DNA of 64,000 nucleotides. Origin: Azolla caroliniana (lineage: Eukaryota > Plantae > Polypodiophyta). Where the stretch lies: positions 16,988,001 through 17,052,000 of the forward strand of contig JBHGNT010000001.1 of NCBI GenBank assembly GCA_043228905.1, written 5' to 3'. The translations under genes and the position numbers were made by a program. The notes under the pieces were generated by a model. The model saw only the letters and a program-made list of their open reading frames with translations. It was not told the DNA's origin and did not search any database. Below are positions 37,365 through 48,111 of the stretch, piece after piece (the first letter of the stretch is position 1; each line of letters begins with the position of its first letter).

Positions 37365-38464
37365 CCTAAAATATTCTTACGAGGAATATTGGTCCTAACG
37401 GCTTGTCGGCACCCTGCTGATCCGGCTCAGCTTCTTTAGCCAATCCAAGCCTAACCAATCGGTTTCCAGCTTCTTCAGCTGATCCGGGCCTAATTGATTG
37501 GTTTCCATCCGATCCGGTTCTCGGCTTCTTTAGCCGATCTAGCCCAAGTTGAGATTGCTCGCTCAACAATGATGAATGTGAGGGTGAACTCTACCCTATA
37601 GATTGTGAACTTATGGGTTGGTATCATGCGCTCTGGTCATTGGGCGGACCCATCTGTCATGCAGAGTTTGACGTCCAAAAGGGGCATCTTTGGGCTACTC
37701 CACTTCCACCAACAATTGTAGTTGACAATGCCTACTCTTGTCCCCATGTCTTTGATAGCGACACAGAGAGGTAGGGTGAAGCTAGTGTCCTCGCTTTTGA
37801 AGTGTGCTCCACATGTGTCGATGGGGGTTTCCTCTAGTTGTTGGTGAAATATGTTGGCATTAAGGATGTTGGATTGGACTTGTTCCCCATAACCAACCGA
37901 GCAACCACCGTTGAGGCGTCGGAGGATGTCAAACCACGGTTGGATGTTGAGTTTGAGTAAAATTCCACTTTTTTGGAGAGTATGGCCCATAGGTTTCTAA
38001 TGTCACTCATGGGGTTGTGCAAGTAGTCATACACTTCACGAAGCGTGAGTTGCACTTTGAGAGTTAATGGTTGTTGGAGCAACATGACATTGACTTCCTA
38101 TGGGAGGTGAAGTTATTGTTCCATTTGGTGTGTAGGTGATGGGGAGTATCCTTGTAGGGTGAGGAGGTGGGTTAATCCAATCATCCAGTTGGTCAAAGCT
38201 TAGGCTAGGTAGACTAGGTGGGCCTCAGATCTCCTCTTGTCAGATAAGCTCAACATACTCCTCCACTCTTTGTTTCTCCTCGAGAGGATTTGGGTAGGTT
38301 GTGAGGTGTTGTGGTAACTCTACATTGGGGTTTGTGGTGGTTACTTCAGCTTCGAGTTTTGTTGAGAAGATCTCTTTGAGGTAGTGTTCTTCGGTTTGCG
38401 TTTCCTCTGAACGGTCATGGGTGCCCCTTTTTTCCAAAAAAGGAGCTAGTTTCCCATTAGTTAG

Positions 38465-41400
38465 TGTTGGGAAATCAGTCTCTCCAGATGGGACCCGGTG
38501 ATGAATGAAGAGGACTCGATGAGAACCGGAAGAGATCCGGAAACCGGAGGAGACCCGGTGAGAACCGGAAGAGAGACATATTTGTAAATATGTCTTGAGC
38601 AAGCCTATTGAGGCTATATTTGTAAATACCCCTAAGTTCATATAAGTATAAATATGACTTAGGGAAATCACTTTGGTGTGTGGTGTTATTGTTGGTTGTA
38701 TATTGTTGTACAGAGCGAGAGCGATAGAGAGAGAGTGTGAGATACAGAGAAATACTCTGTTATAACCGCCAGTTAGCAAAGAAACAGAGCTCAAGGTCGT
38801 TGCCTCCAAGTCTCTGATTGTACCCTCTTTTTTCCCCTTCATAGTGATAGTTGGAGTCTGTGGGCTTCCGTGGTTTTTTTCCCATTCAAGGTTTTCCACG
38901 TAAACATCTTGTGTACTCTTTTTTTGTGTGTGTATGACCAATCCCATTCCTGTGTTGCACTATTATCAAAGCAATTCAAGACTCGATCGTGGCCGAGCAG
39001 TATTCAGTGTTATTGCTCACAAATTGGTATAAGAGCGAACAACCTAGGAAATGGAAGAATCATTCGGCGGCATGTTCAAGCTCACCGGTTCCAACTACTG
39101 AGTGTGGAAGTCGAAGATGAGGGATATGATTGTGGTTAAAGATCTTTGGTTTCCGGTTCAGTTCGGGGACAAGAGACCGGATAAGATCAACGCGACAGTG
39201 TGGGAGGTGATGCACATGAAGACAACGGCATACATCTAGTGCTTCATTGACATGAGCCTGTACAACAACTTCAATGAAGAGAGCAAGGCTCATGAACTCT
39301 GGGAGAAGATCAGCATCATGTTCAAGAACAAGAATGTTGTTAATCGGGTTTCGGTATTCTGAAAGCTAGTGAGGCTTCGATACCAGGATGACTCCAGTAT
39401 GGCGGAGCACATGAATGCCTTCCAAGGGCTGATACATCAAGCAACCTCGTTGGAAGTACCTCTCTCTAATGAGGTACTCACATTGCTCTTGCTCGGTTCC
39501 CTCCCAAATAGTCAGGAGACGTTAGTTGTCGCGTTGGGCAACACCGGGCTGGAAGGAAAACAATTGTCCCTAGCAAGGGTAAAATCAAGCTTGCTAGATG
39601 AAGAAGCTCGCCGGAAGGAGCTGGAGTCCGGAACCGATCCGAAGGCCTTGGTCACGGAAGATGACCACAACCGGGGAAGAGGCCAGTATCGGAGTCCCCA
39701 AAACCGGGACAAATTGGGGACGAGGTCGAAGTCAAGAGGGAGGCCCACGTGCTTCTATTGCGGGAAGTCGGGGCACTTCCAGAAGAACTGTTGGCATTTC
39801 TAGAAGGAGAAAGAAACCGGCACTACTGATTCGAAGAAGAGTTCGGACCAAAACAGTTAAGACCGGAGAGGCCCAGATCGGAAGGGAATGTCGGCAATCG
39901 CGACAAGTGAAGAAGAACTGATGCTCATTACCGAAGAGAATGAGTTAAACCTTGTAGGCGATGAGACTACGTGAGTTGTCAATTTCGGAGCATCGTTCCA
40001 CCTAACACCGGATCGAAAATGCTTCTCATCCTACACAGCGGGTGATCATGGTTGTGTCCGGATGGGGAATGAAGGTACATGCCGAATTATCAGCATAGGA
40101 AATGTGTTGTTGACGACATCAACTGGATGCAAATTGTTGCTGAAGGATGTCTGACACGTTCCGAAGGTTCGACTGAACCTGATATCAGCCGGTTGGCTAG
40201 ATGATGAAGGCTTACACGGGTAGCATTCGGAACGAAGTTATGAAGTTTAGCAAGGGAAGCTTGATAGTGGCTCGAGCCTGGAAGAACAACACACTGCACT
40301 TGATGAATGCCCGGATATGCCGGGAAGAAGTGAACGTAGCATCCGACACTGCCAGTGAGCTATGACACAAAAGACTGTGTCACATGAATGAGAAGGGGAT
40401 GAAGAGGCTTGCCAAAGACAATCTTATTCCGGTGAAGGATGTGCAACTTGAGAAGTGCATTGATTGCTTGGCCAGCAAGCAAAACCGAACCTCCTTCCGG
40501 TCAAAACCAGTGATGAGATGAAATGCACCACTGGAGTTGGTGCATACCAATGTGTGTCAAGTGGACACGAAGTCACATGCCGGATCGTAGTATTTCGTGA
40601 CGTTCATATATGACCACAACTGGAAGCTGTGGGTCTCACCATTGAAGACAAAGGATCAAGTGCTATTTGTCTTCAAGGAGCTCCACGCGAGAGTAGAAAG
40701 AGAAACCAGCTGGAAGCTGAAGGTGGTTCGAGCAGATAACGAAGGAGAATCCCGTTTGAGGAGTACTGTCGGTCGAAGGGAATCCAGCTCGAGTTTACTA
40801 TGCCGAAGACGCCAAAACTAAACAGGTTGGCCGAAAGGATGAACTGGACCATAATGGAGAGAGTCTGGAGCATGCTCACACATGCCAAGTTACCCAAGAC
40901 GTTTTGGGTTGAGGCGCTAACGATGGAGACCTATGTGATAAACAGATCACCCTCAATCCCCCTGGGAGGAGACTCACCTCAGAAAGTATGGACCGGTAAA
41001 GATGTATCTTACCGGCATCTAAAGGTGTTCGGGTGTCTCGCATATGTGCATGTTGCAAAGGACAAGAGAGCAAAGCTAGATCCGAAGTCCAGGCCATGCA
41101 TATTCCTTGGATACGGCGATGATGAGTTTGGTTATCGGGTGTGGGATCTGGTCGACAAGAAGGTGTTCCGAAGTCGGGACATGGTCTTCATGGAAGACAA
41201 GACCATTGCTGATTGGGAGTCAGAGAAGAAGGTGATGAACTCCGGATCATTCAATGAAAACCGGCTTGACGACACAAGGACATACCCGGTTGAAAACCGG
41301 ATGCTAGCCGGTAACCGGATGACACTCGACGAACCGGCCGGATATGGACAAGAAACCCAACCGACCGAAGAAGAAGAAGAAGACGCCGGAACCGGACAAG

Positions 41401-43633
41401 ATCCCGAATCAGATGAGGATGAGGAACAAACGGAGGAACCAGCAGTCAGAAACCAAGGACGGAGATATCCTATCCGAGAGAGAAGAGTCCCCCAGAGATT
41501 TCCGGGTGCAGAGCATGTGTTGTTAACCGATGAGGGGGAGCCGGAAAGCCTCGAAGAAGCAAAGAGAGACATCCACAACCGCAAGTGGTTGAGTGCCATG
41601 CAGGATGAGATGGATTCCTTGCATGAGAAACACGTATGAATTGATAGAGTTGCCGAAAGGAAAGAGGGCACTCCGAAACAAGTGGGTGTACAAGCTGAAA
41701 CCGGGAGATGCCGAAAACCCACCGAGATACAAAGCCTGGATCTTGGTGAAGGGGTTCCAGTAGAAGAAAGGAGTGGATTTCGATGAGATCTTTGCCCCGG
41801 TAGCAAAGATGACATCCATCCGGACAGTATTGGGCATAGCGGCAAGCATGGACCTCGAGGTAGAGCAACTAGACGTGAAGACGGCGTTCCTCCATGGCGA
41901 CCTCGAAGAAGAGATCTACATGCATCAACCGGAAGGATTTGAGAGGAAAGGGAAGGAGCAACTACGTGTGCCGGCTGAAGAAGAGCCTATACGGACTGAA
42001 GCAAACTCCCCGGCAATGGTACCGGAAGTTCGACTCCTCCATGACCAACCAAGGGTACCACAAAACGCAAGCCAATCACTGCGTGTTTGTGAAGAAATTT
42101 GACAGAGGAGATTTCCTGATACTCCTCCTATATGTGGATGATATGTTGATCGTTGGAGGAGACCAAGGCAAGATTCGGATGCTGAAGAAGGCTCTAAACG
42201 GGACCTTCTCAATGAAAGACTTGGGGCCGGCAAGACAGATATTGGGAGTGCACATCATCCGGGACCGGTCGAAGAAGTTGGTGTGGTTGTCACAAGAGAA
42301 GTATGTGACAAAGGTGCTTCAATGGTTCAACATGTCGGAGGCGAAACCGGTCGGATCGACACTTCCGGCAAACTGCAAGCTATCTAGATGACAAAGCCCG
42401 AGGACAAAGGCAGAGAAGATGGATATGATGAAGATACCATATGCCTCTACATCGGGATCTTGATGAACGCGATGGTATGTACCCGGCCGGATATCGGATA
42501 TGTAGTCGGAGTGGTGAGCCGGTTCATGAGAAAGCCTGGAAGAGAGCACTCCAGTATCTGAAGGCACCTCGAGTATGTGCCTCCGGTTTGGCTCCGGAAA
42601 ACCCCAACTCGATGGTTTCACGGATTTGGATATGTCGGTTGATGCAGATACTAGCAAGTCAACATCCTGATATGTCATGACTTATGCAGGGGGAGTTGTT
42701 TCGTGGCAGTCGAGGCTGCAAAAGATGGTTCCATTGTCAACCACGGGGGCAGAGTACATGGCAGCTGTAGAAGCCGACATGGGGATAATCTGGATGAAGG
42801 ACTTAATCGGAGAGCTAGGGATCCAACAGGAGGAATACCGGCTCTACTGCGATAATCAAAGCGCCATCCACCTTGCAAAGAACGCGGGCTACCATTCCCG
42901 GACGAAACATATCCAGTAGAGGTACCACTAGATCCGGGAGAGAGTAGAAGATCAAGAGTTCTGGCTAACGAAGATCCACACGGAGGAGAACGGGTCGGAT
43001 ATGCTGACCAAGGTGTTGACAACCGACAAGTTGGATGCGTGCCGAAAGCAGATTGGGCTGACGAGACATCCCATGCCAGAGTGAAGGGGGAGATTGTTGG
43101 GAAATCGGTCTCTCCGGATGGGACCTGATGATGAATGAAGAGGACCCGGTGAGAACCGGAGGAGACCCGGTGAGTACCGGAAGAGAGACATATTTGTAAA
43201 TATGTCTTGAGCAAGCCTATTGAGGCTATATTTGTAAATACCCCTAAGTTCATATAAGTATAAATATGACTTAGGGCAATCACTTTGATGTGTGGTGTTA
43301 TTGTTGGTTGTATATTGTTGTACAAGGCGAGAGCGATAGAGAGAGAGTGTGAGATACAGAGAAATACTCTGTTGTAACTACCAGTTAGCGAAGAAATAGA
43401 GCTTGAGGTAGTTGCCTCCAAGTCTCTAATTGTACCCTCTTTTTTCCCCTTCATAGTGATACTTGGAATCTATGGGCTCCCATGGTTTTTTTCCCATTCA
43501 AGGTTTTCCACATAAACATCCTGTGTACTCTTTTTTTTTGTGTGTACGAACATTCCCATTCCTGTGTTGCACTATTATCAAAGCAATTCAAGACTCGGTC
43601 GTGGCCGAGCAATATTCAGCATTATTCCTCACA
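38465..43633 (+). mobile_element. Copia-C LTR retrotransposon, complete but decayed
   Basis: LTRs 38465-39021 and 43095-43633; TSD GTTAG; PBS TGGTATAAGAGC at 39025-39036; PPT GAGTGAAGGGGGAGAT. Confidence 0.95.
39051..43084 (+). pseudogene. Copia gag-pol, many stops and frameshifts
   Basis: ORFs 39369-39803, 40800-41639, 41773-42102, 41894-42391 (YVDD), 42677-42919. Confidence 0.93.
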
Positions 43634-45800
43634 GTTAGGTGAAAGTTTTACAGGAAGGCTATACAAGGTGGCTTATATATATATATATCAGGGAATCACC
43701 CCCCAGACAATTTCCAAAATATGAGAAAACAACTATGGCTACGTACATATCTTCTCATATTTTCTACTTAATGTAAGTAGGTACCTAGAGCTATAAACAT
43801 ATTTTCCAATCCAACACCGGCCAGCACAAGCCCGGTCGTGGGTTTCCCTTGTTCTTGGTGCTTGAGGTTGTGCTTAATCCTTTGTGTGTGCGTGGTAACG
43901 TTGGCCTCGACGATTGAAGGAACTATTGATAGTAAATTTGTGCCTTTGATGTTATTTTTCTCGGGGCAATCCGACATGAGATGATCCCTACCACATGCTA
44001 GACAAGATGTTTCTCATCGAAACCAGTTGATGAGCTCTTGTGCTTGTTGATTGGGGGGGTTGATGTTGATTGTGCAGTGTTAGTGCCTTAGGGTGATTGT
44101 ATTGTGGCTATTGTGCCATCCAATTACATAGTGTACATGATTAATATTCATCTCTCATTTACACTATCTTGTACACTTAAGACGAAAGTAATAATGACGA
44201 CAATGTATTATTACCACCACTCTCAATACAAAGAGGTCTAGCACCAACAAGAGAGAGATTAGCATTTATTTACTAATCACTATCATTAATCTTTCTTAGC
44301 TCTTAATTACAATCTAGGATATAGAAGATGAGGCTTAGAGCTTTAATCACTAGGAGAATTCTTAAGAATTAGAAGAAACATAAAAGACACCACAAAGTGT
44401 GAGTGTGGTTGTTTCACACTAGGTTGCCCCTTGGCTTGAATTTCCTCTTATTTGGATTGTTCTATTTCCCTTTTAGTAGATTAGTTGCTAGGCGTTCCTT
44501 GTTGGTGTGCACTTGTTCACGACCAGTGAGCCACGTGTTTTGACATACCCCTTGATTTCGTTGTGGACTCCCAACCACTAATATCTTTGCTATATTTTAT
44601 TCAATGTTGCATAGACTAAAAAGAAGGGAGTTTATGAACTCCTTTTTTTTTAACGAATAATTTTTATGCATTCGTATTCGTATTCATATGCATTCATGGG
44701 GAGGCCCCATGAATGCAAATATGTCAATCTATGGTCACATGGAAGCAACAGTCTGAATGGCAAACAATGGGATGGGCTCAAACATGTATCGATGTGTAAA
44801 GTTTTCCCATTCCACGAAGAGAGAAAAAGGTAGAGAGAGAAGAGAGAAGAGAGAAAGAAATATATTAACTTCTTCTAAGGCCAAAATTGGCCCATGATAC
44901 AATTGGTTTACAACAAAATAAGGTATTTGCCCAATCATCAAAAATAAAATAAAATAAAAATAGAACTTAAGCTAAAAGAGTTCTGGTATTGTACAAAATG
45001 TGTTATGGTGTAACATATTCTATAAAGGAAATGACTTTGTACTAGGCCTGCTTTCATTTCCATCCAAGTCTCTCGAAAAAAAGTGGGAGGTCAAAGGGTT
45101 TCGATGTGGGTGTGACCCATGGTCTCGATGTAGAAGGTACCCCAGCCATGGCTTCTAGGCGGTGTAGCTAACATTCCCTTATTTTCTTAATTGCATCTAC
45201 ACCACGTCGAGTTGCTTTGAAACCCGGCATCCAAGGGCGTTTGGCTTTTCTTTGGTTTTCTGCTTCATCAAGGAAGAGGCCAAGTGGTGCAGGTGTGTCT
45301 ACATGCAAAGAGAAGGTTCCAACTTCTCACCACTTTACATGCAAAGTGTCCAACTTTAGAGGAAGAGAAGGTTCCAACTTCTCTCCTAGTAGTTGGAATC
45401 ATGATCCGAAAAATTTGGCACAAACCTCACAACAAATTCTTCTTGTTGATGGTGTAAGGTTATCGATGTGGTGATCCAAGGACTCATCAAAGGATTAATT
45501 AGAATAATAGACAACGAGATTATCTCGATTTTATTATGTATGGAGTGGCTTAGAAGGAGTAGATAAATGAAGAAGTTAGAGGTATAGGATTTGTGGGTAG
45601 AGGTTAGAGCATGTAAGAATGTTGTTTTGTCAAATCAAGGACATTATATACATAGGAATTTACTTGTTATGAGTATGAACCACACCTGTGTATGGTTGGT
45701 TGTTCATAGTTGCATGAAATAGTTCACTTATTCATAGTTATTTGAACAAAAAGCTCACATTTATGATTAGTCGTGTGCATACAGTGCTACTGGAATATAA

Positions 45801-47672
45801 TGTTACTCTTACTCCTTCAGGCCGGACAATAACCTAACATAGGGTGTCTATAGAAGACACTTCACCAAAGGGTGTTACGGTGAAACAGAGTTAGACCGAT
45901 GATTAATTAGACCTTAATCGGTTACTTAAGCAACATATCCTTAATCTTAATACACGTGTAAGATAGAAAGTAATTAGCACAGAATGGTAATCAATACACA
46001 AAGATAAGACAATAGAGCTTTATTAATTATCCGTCGTCATTTACAATGTAACCGGGCCTTTCTATAGATCACCGGCTCTGCATACAAAACAGTGCCAACC
46101 GGCACACTAATATGAACCGGTTCGGATCTAGATCAGCATACCGATTCCGGTCCGTCCGTTCACTTCTCTAAAATCTTACTTAATTACTTAATATCATAAT
46201 AACAGCTTCCGATTATTCCTGCCCTTTCATATTCTGGACTGTCCTCCACTCCTTGCCGGCTGGCTAACACATGGCATGCTCGTGGGACAGTACCTTGTAC
46301 GTCGAATCCCACTATCCGGCCTTCAATCCTCGTCTAAAATGTCCAGAATGCTTTGATCGAGGGGCTCTAAGGGTTCTTTGGGAGGCTGATCGGACTATTG
46401 TTGCTCCTCCTGCTGTTGCTGCTCCGTTGGCTGTGACCGTTGCTCCGGCTACTACTCCGTTGGTTGTTGTTGTGATTCCTACTGTTGCGCAGTCTCCGTC
46501 TCTTTTGGGTGTTGCTCCTCCGATGGCTGTTGCACTGCTCTCGGTGCCAGTGGTTGTTGCGGTGCTTCCTCCCTTGGCTGCTCCTCCTGAGTTACATCCG
46601 GTTGGCTTGTCCCTTCCTTGGCTCTATCCGTCCCTTGCTCCGACGATGGCTCTTCATCACTAAGATTGATTGTTGCCATGCTCTTCGTCGCCTCTTGTCG
46701 TAGCCTCTCCTTTTCGTAACTTTCAAACTGGATTTGGTTATCCAGCCGATCATCGTCCAGTTGTGCCACTAGTTGTCGGACCACCGTTATCTGTTCATCA
46801 GCCAACGCTACGAAGTCTCCACCAGTTCAACTTTCACGACAACAAAGTCTTCCTTTTCCAGCTTATAGAACTCATCGCCTTCTTTCTACCGGTTTTTCGT
46901 GTCCGCCCTCAACAACTGTAGCTCGGCAGCATGCTTCGCCCATTTTGACCACCATAATACTAAGTTGTCTTCAATCAAACACTTCGTTCGATTCTTCCAT
47001 GCATGTACAATGCACCAGATCCGCTCCAGCCCCTTCTTTGATTTGTCTTCAGTGACCTGTCGGTCATCTTTCAACTGTTTGATCAAGTTCGCCGTCACCA
47101 CCTCCTGGTCCTTGTAGCGCACCAGTGGATTCTGATACGTTGTATGCACTCTTTGTAAGACCATGGTAGCTTGTTCTGTTTCCGCCTGATGTTGCATCTG
47201 GAGTTCCATGCGTTCCTACGCCGGTTCAGCTCGTATGGTTTCCTTCTCAACCCGTTCTTCCTCTAGTGCCGTCTACGCTCATTGCACTTCATTCCAGAGC
47301 TCGAACATCTTCTCCTGCTGCCGGTCGCTGTCGATGATGAGCTTCTTGTATTCCGACTCAACATGTTTATAATCCCGGTGCAGGCGGTCAAACTCTTCTG
47401 TTTTCTGCTTCAGCTTTTGATTGATCTAGCCGCGAGCTCAGTCTTCCCTATCCTTTTGCTACCGAAGCTCTTCTTTGAGTCTCTCGATCTCTGTTTCCGC
47501 CATCCTTCAGAGTTTATCCTTCTCTTGCAACACTTTTTCTTTCTCTTCCTTAAGCCGGTCATAGGTTTGGTGTCCCTTCCATAGACTTTCTTCTGCTTGT
47601 CAGAGATTGTCAGCAGTCTTCCGTTGTTCCTCCTCCGCCGCCATTTTTAATTCTCTTTCCTTGGCCTGTAAT
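45801..47672 (-). mobile_element. Gypsy 3' end: LTR 45801-46269, structured element, extra-ORF C-terminus
   Basis: LTR homologous to 14433-14884; ORFs 46479-46805 and 46886-47209 homologous to 15244-15972; cut by the insertion at 47673. Confidence 0.85.
46272..46312 (-). other. Structured 3' element / tRNA-Arg 3'-end mimic
   Basis: Sense strand GTGG GATTC GAC GTAC AAG GTAC T GTC CCAC GAGCATGCCA TG|LTR. Confidence 0.75.
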
Positions 47673-48063
47673 TGTTGTCTACCTGGCCGGACTAGCCACA
47701 ACACAGGTGTCTATCCGACACTTCTCCAAAGGGGTGGTAAGGATTGGATGCTAGGTTACACGCGTAAGGTGATTACACTAAGCACAGACGGTAAAACAAT
47801 ACAAAGACAAAGATAAACACGCAATAAGTATAATTGTATTACTTCCGTAAAGCATTTACAAATCATCGGATCCTTTTATAGGCATCCGGCAAGGTTACAA
47901 TCGGTGCGCTTAGGCAACCGGCATCCGAATCGGTCCGGATCCGGATCAGTACAACTGTACCGGATCCGTCCCTCCGAATAATAAATATACTATTATTTAC
48001 TTCCTATTATTCGATCCGACTCCGCCTTCCCACTTGTCCTTGCTCTTCTGACCGGCCAACACA

Positions 48064-48103
48064 TGGCACGCCCGTGGGAAAGTGCCTTGCACTTCGAATC
48101 CAC
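48064..48103 (-). other. Structured 3' element / tRNA-Arg 3'-end mimic
   Basis: Sense strand GTGG ATTC GAA GTGC AAG GCAC T TTC CCAC GGGCGTGCCA TG|LTR. Confidence 0.78.
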
Positions 48104-48111
48104 TCCCGGCC

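Larger units (their letters stand above)
37565..44300 (-). pseudogene. Old gypsy gag-protease remnant split by Copia-C
   Basis: CLACGRDHLMSDC knuckle near 43965-44004; protease-like TTIVGGSGV...MTDGSAQ near 37640-37730; highly degenerate. Confidence 0.5.

Noticed and set aside
38240-38947. ORFs spanning Copia-C LTRs (also 42675-43454) and repeat-encoded peptides in Copia-B LTRs
   Set aside because: Incidental reading frames through LTR and tandem-repeat DNA.
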